DNA of 64,000 nucleotides, from the NCBI GenBank assembly GCA_963771175.1, contig CAVYSY010000039.1, positions 192,001-256,000 of the forward strand. Direction: 5' to 3'. The notes under the pieces were generated by a model. That model was not told where the DNA came from. It ran no database searches and saw nothing but the letters and a program-made list of their open reading frames with translations. Positions 1 through 10,153 of this stretch are shown here, piece by piece. This DNA comes from an uncultured delta proteobacterium (GTDB taxonomy: Bacteria > Myxococcota > Myxococcia > Myxococcales > Myxococcaceae). The stretch's first letter is position 1. The number at the start of each line of letters is the position of its first letter. A program made the translations under genes and the position numbers.

Positions 1-257
1 CGACGGCGCTCGGCTTCGCGGCGGTGGCGAGCGAGCTCGGCGCGAGGGTGCCGGTGCTGCGCGGTCGCAAGACGCAGGCGATGGTGCTGGCCTTGGGGCT
101 GCTCATCCTCCTGGTGGTGGGCCACATCCCGGTGCTCGGCCCGCTCGCGCTGACGCTGGCGACGATGATGGCCTTCGGCGCGGTCATCCGCACCCGGTTC
201 GGCAACCGCTCGCGGGGCATCCCGGAGCCCATCTTCTCCGAGCACGCACCGGGCTGA
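1..257 (+). CDS. 3' end of a membrane protein (truncated by window edge)
   Basis: Open frame with hydrophobic helices (VLALGLLILLVVGHIPVLGPLALTLATMMAFGAVIRTRFG); stop at 257. Confidence 0.6.
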   Translation, partial: TALGFAAVASELGARVPVLRGRKTQAMVLALGLLILLVVGHIPVLGPLALTLATMMAFGAVIRTRFGNRSRGIPEPIFSEHAPG

Positions 258-336
258 GCGGCGCGCTCACCTGAAGGCAGCACCCTCCGGGGGGCGGCAC
301 GGGGCACGAGGCTCCGGGTCGTCCCCCGAAGTCGTT

Positions 337-831
337 TCAGGCCGGCCCGGCGGCCGGAGGGTGCTTGTGGTGCAGCCCGTGCAGCGCGCCATGCAGGAAC
401 CCATGCCGCAGCAGCAGCGCGGGGCCGATCGCCATCACCAGGTTGGCCGGGAATGCGCACCCCGCCCCGAGCCCGGTAATCGCCGCGAGGAACACGATGC
501 ACCCCACCAGGCCGAGCCGCACCTGGTTACCCCGGCCGAACAGCACCGCCAGTCCGCACAGGAGCTGCCCGAGCGCGATGGGCAGCACGAAGAGCGCGGG
601 ATTCCGGGCGAAGGGCCCCTCGATGAAGGCCTGATAGAGAGGGATCGCCGTGGCCCCGAAGCCCTCCACGTACAGCGATGGATTCATGAGGGCGAGCGCG
701 GCGTTGACGGCACCCGCGGGCAGGAAGACGACGACCACCGCGAGGCGACCCGCCGTATGGGGCCACCGGGCACAGAGCACGACCATGGCAGCGGCCACGA
801 GAAGCGAGACGAAATAGCCGGCGAGCATCAT
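337..831 (-). CDS. Hypothetical multi-TM membrane protein
   Basis: 164-aa ORF, 4-5 hydrophobic segments. Confidence 0.6.
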   Translation of the reverse strand: MMLAGYFVSLLVAAAMVVLCARWPHTAGRLAVVVVFLPAGAVNAALALMNPSLYVEGFGATAIPLYQAFIEGPFARNPALFVLPIALGQLLCGLAVLFGRGNQVRLGLVGCIVFLAAITGLGAGCAFPANLVMAIGPALLLRHGFLHGALHGLHHKHPPAAGPA

Positions 832-984
832 GGGACACCTATCGGTTGCGTTGCGGACCTACCCCCACACAAAGCAGGGGACGTGCCACGCCGAGCCCTT
901 CGGGAGCCCCCCCGCGAGTCCGCGCAACTCCTGCGCGAACGCACGGGAGGAAGGTGCCGCGCCAGTGGGCGGGCTGCTACGACG

Positions 985-1875
985 TCACGCCTCCTCCGGC
1001 CCACCAGCCAGCAGGATTCGCTGGCCGAGCCGGGCGTCCGGGTGCGCGGGCTCCAGCAGCGAGGTGTCGTGCCGCAGCTTCCGGGCGGCCACAAGCCCCC
1101 CGGCCCGCATCACCGAGCGCGGCACGAGCGACGACAGCCGCATCAGCCACCGGTAGGCGAAGCCTGGATATACGAGGGGCGCGGCGCGCTCGAAACCCTC
1201 GAGGGCCTCGCGGGCGCACTGCACCGCGGAAATGCGCAACCACGAGGGAGCCCGCTCGACCAGCTCCTGCGTGCCGGCCACCCCGCAGAACTCGGTATCC
1301 ACCACGGGCCCGGGCGCCACCTGCGTCACCACGACCCCCGTGCTCAGCAGCTCCAGCCGCAGCGCCTCGGTGAAGCCATCGAGGAAATGATTCGTCCCGG
1401 CGTAGACGGCCAGTCCCGGAATGAACACCCGCGGTCCTCCCGAGCTGATGTTGAGGATGCCGCCGCGCTTGTGCTCCACCATGCGCCGCAGCAGCCGGTG
1501 GACGAGCAGCACGGGCGCCGCCACGTTCACCTGGAGCATCTGGTGGATGCGCGACCAGCTCTCCTGCTCGTAGAGGCTGTAGTCCGCCATGCCCGCGTTG
1601 TTCACCAGCACGTCCACCCGGACGAGGTGGCGGTGCAGCGAGTCCAGCAGCGAGTCCACCTCCTCCAGGCGCGAGAGGTCACATCGCTCCACCATCACGC
1701 CCAGCGTGGGATTGCGCGCGTGCAGTTCCTCACTCAACTCCTCCAGGCGCTCGGCCCGGCGCGCCACCAGCACGAGCGTCCGCGCTCTGCGGGCGAGCTG
1801 GCGGGCCATCTCCCGGCCAATCCCCGAGGAGGCCCCCGTGATGAGGACGGTGCCCGAATCGATGGGTGGACGCAT
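985..1875 (-). CDS. Short-chain dehydrogenase/reductase
   Basis: TGASSGIG, VLVNNAG, NISS, YAGTN (degenerate YxxxK); start at MRPPID. Confidence 0.85.
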   Translation of the reverse strand: MRPPIDSGTVLITGASSGIGREMARQLARRARTLVLVARRAERLEELSEELHARNPTLGVMVERCDLSRLEEVDSLLDSLHRHLVRVDVLVNNAGMADYSLYEQESWSRIHQMLQVNVAAPVLLVHRLLRRMVEHKRGGILNISSGGPRVFIPGLAVYAGTNHFLDGFTEALRLELLSTGVVVTQVAPGPVVDTEFCGVAGTQELVERAPSWLRISAVQCAREALEGFERAAPLVYPGFAYRWLMRLSSLVPRSVMRAGGLVAARKLRHDTSLLEPAHPDARLGQRILLAGGPEEA

Positions 1876-2108
1876 GGGCTCCTCCGTGTCCTGACGGAGA
1901 AGAAAAGTAGCCACCCGCCCCTTCCTCCACATGACGCGCCGGGTCGAAAGCCCTCCGAGCGGACGCAAGGCTTGCGCATCCCGTCGTCGTGGGGAAGAGT
2001 TTGCGCGCGAACACCCCACTCCAGGTGAAGCGCCCCTGGCACGCTTCTTCCAGCGATGAAGGGAAGAACCCGCCCCGTTCCGGGGACCGGGTAACGGAGG
2101 GAGCACCG

Positions 2109-2567
2109 ATGCCCACGCCTTCTCGCATCCTGGTACCCGTGGACCTGATGGAGGGTTCCCGGGCGGTCATTGACTACGCGGTCCAGCTCGCACGGCCGTT
2201 CAACGCCTCCATCGAGGTGATGCACGCCTGGGAGCCGCCACAGTACGTGGCACCGGATCTCCTGGTGGCCGCGCCGGGGTGGAACCCGCAGTCGCTGGAG
2301 AAGACCGCGCTCGAGGCCGCGCGCAAGGAGCTGACGACGCTCATCGGCTCGCTCAACGCGCCCGGCCCCATCACCCAGCGACTGGAGGTGGGCGAGCCGG
2401 CCGCGGCCGTCCTCCGGGTGGCCGAGACGGGCGGGTTCGACATGATCGTCATGGGGACGCACGGTCGCCGGGGCCTGCCGAGGCTGCTGCTGGGCAGCGT
2501 GGCCCAGAAGGTCATCGCCCGGGCGCACTGCCCCGTCCTCACCCTGCACGTGATCGAGGAGAAGTAA
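2109..2567 (+). CDS. Universal stress protein (UspA family)
   Basis: RILVPVD, DMIVMGTHGRRG, LGSVAQKV, CPVL; GGAGG RBS. Confidence 0.9.
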   Translation: MPTPSRILVPVDLMEGSRAVIDYAVQLARPFNASIEVMHAWEPPQYVAPDLLVAAPGWNPQSLEKTALEAARKELTTLIGSLNAPGPITQRLEVGEPAAAVLRVAETGGFDMIVMGTHGRRGLPRLLLGSVAQKVIARAHCPVLTLHVIEEK

Positions 2568-2606
2568 GCAGAAGGCGCGGGGGCCCCCAGCCTCCGCGCC
2601 CCGCCC

Positions 2607-3700
2607 TCACCGCTCCGGAGTATCGGCCTTCAGCTCGGGGCTCGCGGGAGGAGCGGCCCGGCGGGCCTTCAGCACGGTAGGCAGGCCGAGCACCAGCATG
2701 GCCGCCATCACGCAGACGGCCCCCAGCAGCTCCCGCGAACCCCACGCCCGGCAGGCCGAGCCAGAGCGGAGAGGAGTCCCGTGGCCACCACGCCCGCGAG
2801 CGACGCTCGAGGCGCGGTTCACCGGGACGCAGAAGGTGTTCTCCCGGTGGTCCAGGAGGATGAGCCCGCCGAAGACGCCGGTGCCCTGCGACAGCACGCC
2901 CGACGAGCGAGCTCCTCGAACACCCGCGCCGCGCACGAGCACGTCCGTGAAGCCGTGGCGGATGTCCGAGCAGCACGGGCCCCTCGCCGATGAGCGCCGC
3001 CACGCCACGAGGATCGGCGACGAGCGCCGGGCGTGGCCACCATCTGCTCCTCGACGAAGTAGCGGATGCTGGCGCGCCGGATCGTTCGACTTGGCCAGGT
3101 GGCTCATGAAGCGCAGCCGGACGAAGTAGCGCGACCAGGTAGATCGCCACGTCGAGCGCCGCCGACCAGCGGTGAGCGCAGGGCTCCGCGCCGGGCGCGG
3201 TGGCCACGCACCACGCGCGCGCGAAGCTCAGCCCGAGCGCCACCCACGAGGGCCACGCGCACGCGGCGCCGGCTCAGCACGTCCACCAGCGGCGCGAGGA
3301 TGAGCACGCCGCCGCGCATGAGCAGCATCATGAAGACGATGGACGTGCCGCTGAAGGTGTAGGCCAGCGTGGTGGTGGCGATGATGGCGGCGGTGCACAG
3401 GCCCGACAGGAACGTCCAGCGGCTGGGGCACGGGCAGCGCGCACGCCGAGCACCGTGCGCGGTGCTCGGCGTACTTCCACCAGCCCAGCGCGGTCAGGAA
3501 GCGCGAACATGCCCACGCAGCGAGGCGAGCGTGCGTGCACGGCAGCAGCTCGAAGCCCGGCAGATGCCGCGCGCCATGCCCGGCAGCGCTCCTCGAGAGA
3601 GCGCCTTGGTGAGCGCGCTGTAGGGCGCGTAGCAGGCGAAGTAGCCGAAGGCGTACCCCCAGATGGCCAGCTCGCTTCGGTGGTTCGTCGTGTCCAAGGG
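2607..3700 (-). CDS. Integral membrane protein (transporter-like), multiply frameshifted
   Basis: Hydrophobic fragments in different frames: IWGYAFGYFACYAPYSALTK, MMLLMRGGVLILAP, GTGVFGGLILLDHRENTFCVPVNRASS. Confidence 0.55.
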
Positions 3701-3807
3701 GTCCTCCTCTATGCCCAATCCAAAGGGTCTGCAAGAGCGGCGCCCGGCTCCGAGGGGACGGGGCTCGCGGCCATGGAAGGCGCTGCGAACCCCCCGGCCC
3801 CTGACCC

Positions 3808-3993
3808 TTGGGCAATCAGGAGCTGAAGGCCGCGGGAGACACAGTGCTGGAGCAGGCAGCTGTGGCGGTGTTCTCGCGGCCGGAGGTGGAGCTGGAGCTG
3901 GCCATCGGCACGCGGCTGGCGGGAGGGCTCGCCCGCGAGAAGGCGCAGCAGGAGCTCTTCCAGGAGGGCAAGGCGCGGAAGGGCCGGCCCTGA
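3808..3993 (+). CDS. Small hypothetical protein
   Basis: 61-aa ORF with GC3-biased codons; TTG start uncertain. Confidence 0.35.
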   Translation: MGNQELKAAGDTVLEQAAVAVFSRPEVELELAIGTRLAGGLAREKAQQELFQEGKARKGRP

Positions 3994-4003
3994 GCGCTCA
4001 CCG

Positions 4004-4492
4004 TCACGAATGAAACCTCCCCCAATATCTCTCAAGTGCGAGCTTGGGAGATTCACCCTGTGGAAAGTAATGTGACGCTTCGTCCCTCGCATACTCCAGG
4101 AATGCCCTGACAGCACTCTTTTGGGCCGCAGTAAGCCCCTCGAATCTTTCGATCTGCCAATCCCTGAGTTCGCGCTCCTCGGGCGAAGACTCGTCATGCG
4201 GAGTCAGTCCATACACTGTCATGGGCATCCGATTGCCATAATCATCCAGTGCCGCCAACAGATAGGCAGGGAGATAGAACCGAAACCCTCCCGAGCTCAA
4301 GAACGAGCTGCTGTGATATTGGAGTTCCTCGTGGGATAGCTCCGACCAGTGCTTGCCCCTGAAAGCCCGCGCCAACTCGGCGCTCTCCCAATCGTCTGGA
4401 TCGTAAGCAATGCGGTCATCTCCAGGGTAAACCGCTTCCGCGAAGGCGGCCCTGACCTGTTGCCTGACGGCATCGATTCTAGAAGTCGGCAT
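4004..4492 (-). CDS. DUF6714-like protein, candidate toxin immunity
   Basis: AAFAEAVYPGD, W.EL, FLSSGGFRFYLPAYL, LTAAQKSAVRAFLEY; immediately downstream of a toxin-like gene; lower GC. Confidence 0.65.
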   Translation of the reverse strand: MPTSRIDAVRQQVRAAFAEAVYPGDDRIAYDPDDWESAELARAFRGKHWSELSHEELQYHSSSFLSSGGFRFYLPAYLLAALDDYGNRMPMTVYGLTPHDESSPEERELRDWQIERFEGLTAAQKSAVRAFLEYARDEASHYFPQGESPKLALERYWGRFHS

Positions 4493-4498
4493 GGTGGA

Positions 4499-4918
4499 TT
4501 ACCGGCACTGCTCCGGACACCGCTTTTCAACCATCATTCGCGAGCAATCCGCGGCTCCCCTCCTGTAGTTCTCGACTTCATCGCGGTGGGTTTTATTTCC
4601 ACCCCGGAAACACTTGTCCATGACTGCAACCCGGGCGCCGATACACCGCTGGTACAGCAAGAAGTTGGTCAGCAACTCGGCACAGCCCTGGGATTCGTAA
4701 CACTTCATACTCGTGGCCTTGCACGCCCGACCCACCTCTTCCTTTAGCTTTTTGTGCTCCTCTGAAGAGCAATCGCCCGGTGGCTGCATCGTCGTTGCAG
4801 CGCTCGGCTCTGCCGCATTCAACGATGCAGGCGAAAGCCACAGGATCGCGAGAAGGAGCAGTGCAGAGGGGCCTCTTCCAAAACGCGGCGGGGAATGGAT
4901 GCGCAGCACAGCTTGCAT
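4499..4918 (-). CDS. Secreted Cys-rich Ntox16-like toxin domain protein
   Basis: Signal peptide (ALLLLAILWLSPASLNA); PPGDC...H..L...V..AC; C..AR....DKCFRGGNKTH. Confidence 0.65.
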   Translation of the reverse strand: MQAVLRIHSPPRFGRGPSALLLLAILWLSPASLNAAEPSAATTMQPPGDCSSEEHKKLKEEVGRACKATSMKCYESQGCAELLTNFLLYQRCIGARVAVMDKCFRGGNKTHRDEVENYRRGAADCSRMMVEKRCPEQCR

Positions 4919-5053
4919 GCTAACACGCCAAAGTGCGACCTTCTCCCACACCTGATTCAACTGGGGGCGTCACGCCCTGCAATCGCTCCGTCGGCCCTTC
5001 GTAGGACCGAGCGCACCGCCCCCGCGCGGCCACTCGCCCGGAGTCCTCGAACC

Positions 5054-5572
5054 ATGTCCAAGCCCCTCTTGTCCGCCCTCGTCGCCTTCAGCATGGCCGC
5101 CCTGCCCGTCTCCGCCCGCGCGGGGGATGACGGCAAGAAGGCGGACACGTCCCACTGCACCATCAGCGTCAAGAAGGGGGACCTCGTCTCCAAGGGCAAG
5201 ACCCTGGTCGTCGAGGGCCAGGGCGCGCTCCGGGACGCGCTGGCCATCGACGGGGACGTGGTGGTCCGCGCGGGCGCCACGGTGAACAAGGTGTCGGCCA
5301 TCCGCGGCAAGGTGACGGTGGAGGCCGGGGCTCGGGTGTCCGGGGACGTGTCGGCCCTCGGTGGGGACGTCCACATCCAGAAGGGCGCCACCGTCGTGGG
5401 GAACGTGAACGCCATCGGCGGCAAGGTTCAGGTCGACAAGGGCGCCACCATCGCCGGCGAGAAGAACCAGCTCACCATCAACCTCAACGGAGAGGAGCTC
5501 GTCACCAGGCTCCTCGGCGGGGCCGACATGGGCAAGGACACCCAGTGCGAGCTCCGCGTCATCGAGGAGTGA
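5054..5572 (+). CDS. Secreted beta-helix (polymer-forming/bactofilin-like repeat) protein
   Basis: Signal peptide; repeats of GATV.G.V.A.GG.V.V. Confidence 0.7.
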   Translation: MSKPLLSALVAFSMAALPVSARAGDDGKKADTSHCTISVKKGDLVSKGKTLVVEGQGALRDALAIDGDVVVRAGATVNKVSAIRGKVTVEAGARVSGDVSALGGDVHIQKGATVVGNVNAIGGKVQVDKGATIAGEKNQLTINLNGEELVTRLLGGADMGKDTQCELRVIEE

Positions 5573-6338
5573 CTGGCTGCTCCTGAATCACGGGCTCCGT
5601 CGTGCCAGCGCTCGTGTGCGGCACCAGCGAGGCCCGGAGCGCGAGAATCTGCTCACGAGCCATCTGCTTGAGCCGCTCCACGTCCGCGAGCGTCATGCCC
5701 TGGGTGGAGATGGGCGTGCCCACCGTCACCAGCGCGCGCGAGGTGGCGAAGCGCCACGAGTGCTTGGGCAGCGCCCGTCGCGTCCCGCTCACCGCCATGG
5801 GCAGCACGTCCGCCCCGGTCTCGATGGCCAGCCGGAAGGCGCCGTCCTTGAAGGGCAGCAGATCCTCCGTCTTCGAGCGCGTGCCCTCGGGGAAGATCAT
5901 CACCGGCATGCCCTTGTCCAGCCAGCGGGCGCAGATGCCCATGGCCGCCTGGGCCGAGTCCTTCTCGCCCCGGCGCACGGGGATGTCCCCGGCCAGCCAC
6001 ATGCTCCAGCCCACCACGGGAATCTTGAAGAGCGAGGCCTTGCCCAGCCACTTCATCTCCCAGGGCAGGTACGAGATGAGGAACGGGTCCGCGTTGGACT
6101 CGTGGTTGCTCACCACCACGGTGCGACCCGAGGGGCGGGTGGGCGTCCCGTGCACGCCGAACTTCCAGAAGGGGTTGAGTTTGGCCGCGGTCACGCCGAT
6201 GAGCCGGAAGGCACGCCCCGTCACCACCTTGCGCCGATCGAAGGGCCAGGTGACGATCAGTGGAGCCTGAATGCAGAAGCCCGTCAGCGCCACCAGGCCG
6301 GTTTCCAGCCACGCATAGATGGAGAGCAGTGCGTTCAT
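5559..6338 (-). CDS. Lysophospholipid acyltransferase (PlsC family)
   Basis: SNHESNAD and IFPEGTRS motifs; FKDGAF. Confidence 0.9.
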   Translation of the reverse strand: MNALLSIYAWLETGLVALTGFCIQAPLIVTWPFDRRKVVTGRAFRLIGVTAAKLNPFWKFGVHGTPTRPSGRTVVVSNHESNADPFLISYLPWEMKWLGKASLFKIPVVGWSMWLAGDIPVRRGEKDSAQAAMGICARWLDKGMPVMIFPEGTRSKTEDLLPFKDGAFRLAIETGADVLPMAVSGTRRALPKHSWRFATSRALVTVGTPISTQGMTLADVERLKQMAREQILALRASLVPHTSAGTTEPVIQEQPVTPR

Positions 6339-6356
6339 GAGATGCCCTCCGGCGTA

Positions 6357-7148
6357 TCAGCGGCGGGCCTTGGGGTCCAGATCCACGCTCACCGGGCAGT
6401 GATCCGAGCCGAGGACGTGGGGGTGGATGGCGGCGCGCTTCACGTAGGGCATGGCCCCGGGCGAGGCCAGCACGTAGTCGATCCGCCAGCCCACGTTGCG
6501 CTCGCGCACGCCGAAGCGCTGGCTCCACCAGCTGTAGTGGCCCCGTCGCCTTCTCGAAGTGGCGGAAGGTGTCCACCCAGCCGGCGCGGATCCAGCCGGT
6601 CGAACTCCTCGCGCTCCTCGGGGAGGAAGCCGCTCGTCTCCCGGTTGTCCTTGGGGCGCGCCAGGTCGATCTCCTGGTGCGCCGTGTTGAAGTCCCCCAT
6701 CACCAGGATGCGCTCGCCGTCGCGCAGGCCCTTCTCCAGCCGCTCGAAGAGGCGCCGGTAGAAGGCCAGCTTGAAGGGCACCCGGCTGTTGTCCCGCTCC
6801 TTGCCGTTGCCGTTGGGGAAGTAGCAGTTCACCACGGTGAGGAGTCCGAAGCGGGCCACCTGCAGCCGGCCCTCGGAGTCCAGCTCCCCCACCCCCAGCT
6901 TCGTCTCCACGTCATCCGGGGCCTTGCGCGCGAAGAGGCCCACCCCGCTGTAGCCGGCGCGCTCCGCCGCCACGAAGTGGGTGGCGTGCCAGCCCTCGGG
7001 AGAGCGCACCTCCTCGGGGAGCTGCTCCTCGCGGGCCGCGCACCTCCTGCACGCCCACCATGTCGGCCGTCTCGGCCGCCAGCCAGTCCAGGAAGCCCTT
7101 CTTGTGGGCCGCGCGCAGCCCGTTCACGTTCCAGGAGACGATCCGCAC
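6357..7148 (-). CDS. xth: Exodeoxyribonuclease III (frameshifted)
   Basis: IVSWNVNGLRA, GYSGVG, YFPNG, MGDFNTAH, C-terminal GSDHCPV; at least two frame changes. Confidence 0.9.
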
Positions 7149-7237
7149 GATACCGCTCTCATTGCCTGACCGGCGCGCGCGGGTCCAGCCCCAACGCGCA
7201 TCGGCCAGCCGGCCGATTCACGGCTCGTGCGGGCTGC

Positions 7238-8207
7238 TCAGGGGGGCCGGGCCAGGTACTGCGGGCCCACCCCACAGGCCTGCCGGAAGGCGCGCACGGC
7301 CTCGGCGATCTCCGTGCCCGCCTCCACCAGCCCCGCGTGGCCCGCGTCCTCGACCAGCAGCCAGCTCCGCGTGCGGCAGGGCCTGACGCATCCGCTCCAG
7401 CTCGCGCAGGGGCACGATGAGATCATTCTTCGCGGCGATGAGCTGCGTGGGCACCTCACCTGGGGCAGCACGTCCCACGAGGCGGCGCCTCCAGCAGGCC
7501 GCGCAGCATCTGCCAGTAGGCCCGCGGGTCCATGCGCTGGAGCCCCTGCATGAAGCTCGTCGATGTCCGCGCGGGGGGCCCGGGCCCGCAGCACGCCCGC
7601 AGCGCGCGACCGACCGGGTACGCCAGCCGCGAGCCAGACGAGATCCTGGACGACCGGCGCCAGCCACGGGCACCAGCGGCGTGCAGGCGTGGAAGGCGCT
7701 GGGCCAGGGTGCCGCGCCCCGCGGCACCGGAACGAGCGCACGGCTGCCCGGGTCCGGGGAGGCCGGCGCTGCCGGCGATGAGCGTCATGGCGGGCACCAG
7801 CTCGGGCCGCCGCCGGTACAGCTCCAGCAGCACCCGCACGCCCATGGAGAAGGCCGACGTGGTGCGGGGGCGGCCCGTCACCGCGAGCCATCATCGTCCT
7901 CGGTGACGCGCTCGAGGTCGTCCACGTGGACGCGCAGACGCGTAGTCCCCGCTGGCGCGACACCTCGCTGCCGCCGTGGCCCCGGTAGTCCCAGTGCACC
8001 ACCCGGTGGTCCTGCTCCAGGTCGCGCGACGATGTAGCGCCAGAAGTTCTCCGAGGTGCCGATGCCGTTGGTGAGCAGCACCCCGCGGCCGGCGAGCCCA
8101 GCGACACTCCGCTCGGTCTCCGCGGGCATCGCCCACATGGCGTGTGGTACGCGATGCGGGTGCCATCGGGGGCGAGGACGAAGCGGGTGAGCGCGGCGGT
8201 AGGGCAT
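7238..8207 (-). CDS. Alpha/beta hydrolase (frameshifted)
   Basis: APDGTRIAYH, WDYRGHG, FSMG nucleophile elbow, ND and GHAG across frames. Confidence 0.75.
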
Positions 8208-8315
8208 GTCCTGCCAACCATTGGGGCGCCCCCGCGCCGGCGCAAGTCCCGGCGTTGCAGTATTGCGCTGATATCGAGCGAGTTCTCGCCGGACGTGGAC
8301 GTTCGCATCCTGCCC

Positions 8316-9333
8316 ATGACGCCTCACCGCCCACTCCCCAGCCCTCGCGCGCTGGCTCGAGCCCCGCGCGCGGCCCCGGACGCGCCTCCCGCGCTCGTGG
8401 CCGTGGGAACGATGAACTTCGGCGCGCGCACGCCCGCCCCCGAGGCCGCGCGCATCGTGGCCCGTGCGCTGGAGCGCGGGCGTGCCCTTCTTCGACACGG
8501 CCAACTCGTACGGGGACGGAGAGGCCGAGCGCATCCTCGGACAGCGCTGCGCGGCCGGCGGGCGGAGGTGGGCATCGCCACCAAGGTGGGGCTCGCGCGG
8601 GTGCGCGGCAAGCCCGAGGGGCTCTCCGGCGCCCAGGTGGTGCGCGCGGTGGAGGACGAGCCTGAAGCGGCTCGGGCACGGACTACGTGGACGTGCTCTA
8701 CCTGCACGCGCCGGACCCCACCACGCCGGTCGAGGAGACGCTGGAGGCGCGTGCGCGGGCTGCTGCGAGCCGGGCAAGGCGCGACACTGGGGCGTGTCCA
8801 ACTACGCGGCCTGGCAGCTCCTGGAGCTGCGGCGCGCTGTGCGACGCGCGCGGCCTGCCGCCGCCCGGCGCTCTCGCAGGTGCTCTACAACCTGCTCGTG
8901 CGCCAGCTGGAGGTGGAGTACCTGCCCTTCACGCGCCGCCACCCGCTCCACACCACCGTCTACAACCCGCTCGCCGGAGGGCTGCTCTCCGGGCGCTACA
9001 CGCCCGGAGCCGCCATTCCCGTCGGGCTCGCGCTTCGACGGGAACCGCTTCTACCAGCGCCGCTACTGGTCCGAGCGCGCTCCTCGAGCTGGCCGAGCGC
9101 CTGCGCGCCGTGGCCGCAGGACAGCGGGCCTCGACGCTGCTGGAGCTGGCGTACGCGTGGCTCGCGGGGCGGCCGGGCGTGGACTCGGTCCTGGTGGGGC
9201 CCGGCGGACGGTGGAGCACCTGGACGCGGCGCTGGACGCCGTGCGGCCCGCGGCTGCCGCCGGAGGTGCTCGGCGCAAGTCGACGAGCGTGCACCGCGAC
9301 TTCCTGGGCACGGACGCCAGCTACGCGAGGTGA
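8316..9333 (+). CDS. Aldo/keto reductase (frameshifted)
   Basis: GTMNFG, FFDTANSYG, IATKVG, DVLYLHAPD, GVSNY, QVLYNLL, YNPLAGGLLSGRY. Confidence 0.85.
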
Positions 9334-9335
9334 GC

Positions 9336-10138
9336 ATGCTGCGCGTGGACGCCGGAGACGCTTCGACATCGACCGGGCCGCTCGCGCACTACGCCGAGCA
9401 CGGCTACGCGCGCCTGGGCACGCGTGCTGGACGACGAGGGCCTGGCGTCGCTGCGCGAGCGCGCGGACGACCTGATGCTCGGCCGGGTGAGCTACCCGGG
9501 CTTCTTCTTCCAGATGGACGCGACCACCGGGCCGCTACGAGGACGCGCCGCTGGGGCTCGGCTGGCAGGGCCCGTCGCTCGACTACCGCAAGCTGGAGAA
9601 GCTGGAGAAGGACCCGCGCTTCCTCGCGTGGCTGGAGAACCCGCTCTTCGAGCGCATCGTCCGGGCGCGCATCCCCGGGGACATCGTGCTCTACCGCGCC
9701 ATCCTCTTCCACAAGGGCGAGCGGGCGGCAGCAACCTGCCCTGGCACCAGGACGGCGGGCAAGCTGTGGGGCCTGACCGCAGGAGCCGGAGCTGCAGCTC
9801 TGGACGGCGCTGGACGACGCGCCGCGAGGACGGCGGCTGCCTGGAGGTGGTGCCGGGGAGCCACCGCGCGGGGCTGGTGACGCCGCTCGGCGGGCGTCGT
9901 GCCGCCGGACCGGGTGGCGGCGCGCGGGCGCGGACGCGCGCGCGGTGCCGCTGCCGGTGCAGGCCGGCGAGGTGCTGCTCGTCCACAACCACGTGTGGCA
10001 CCGCTCGGGCGCGCGAGCCGCACGGGCCAGCGCCGGCGCGGCTTCTCGGCCTGCTACATGAGCGCGGACACGCGGTGCGTGCGCAAGAAGAAGGCGCCGC
10101 GCGTCTTCTTCCCGCTCTTCCGTCACGGCGCCCGCTGA
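9336..10138 (+). CDS. Phytanoyl-CoA dioxygenase (PhyH) family protein (frameshifted)
   Basis: LPWHQD, GCLEVVPGSH, HNHVWHRSG, RRGFSACYM. Confidence 0.8.
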
Positions 10139-10153
10139 GGCGTCGCGGACGCC

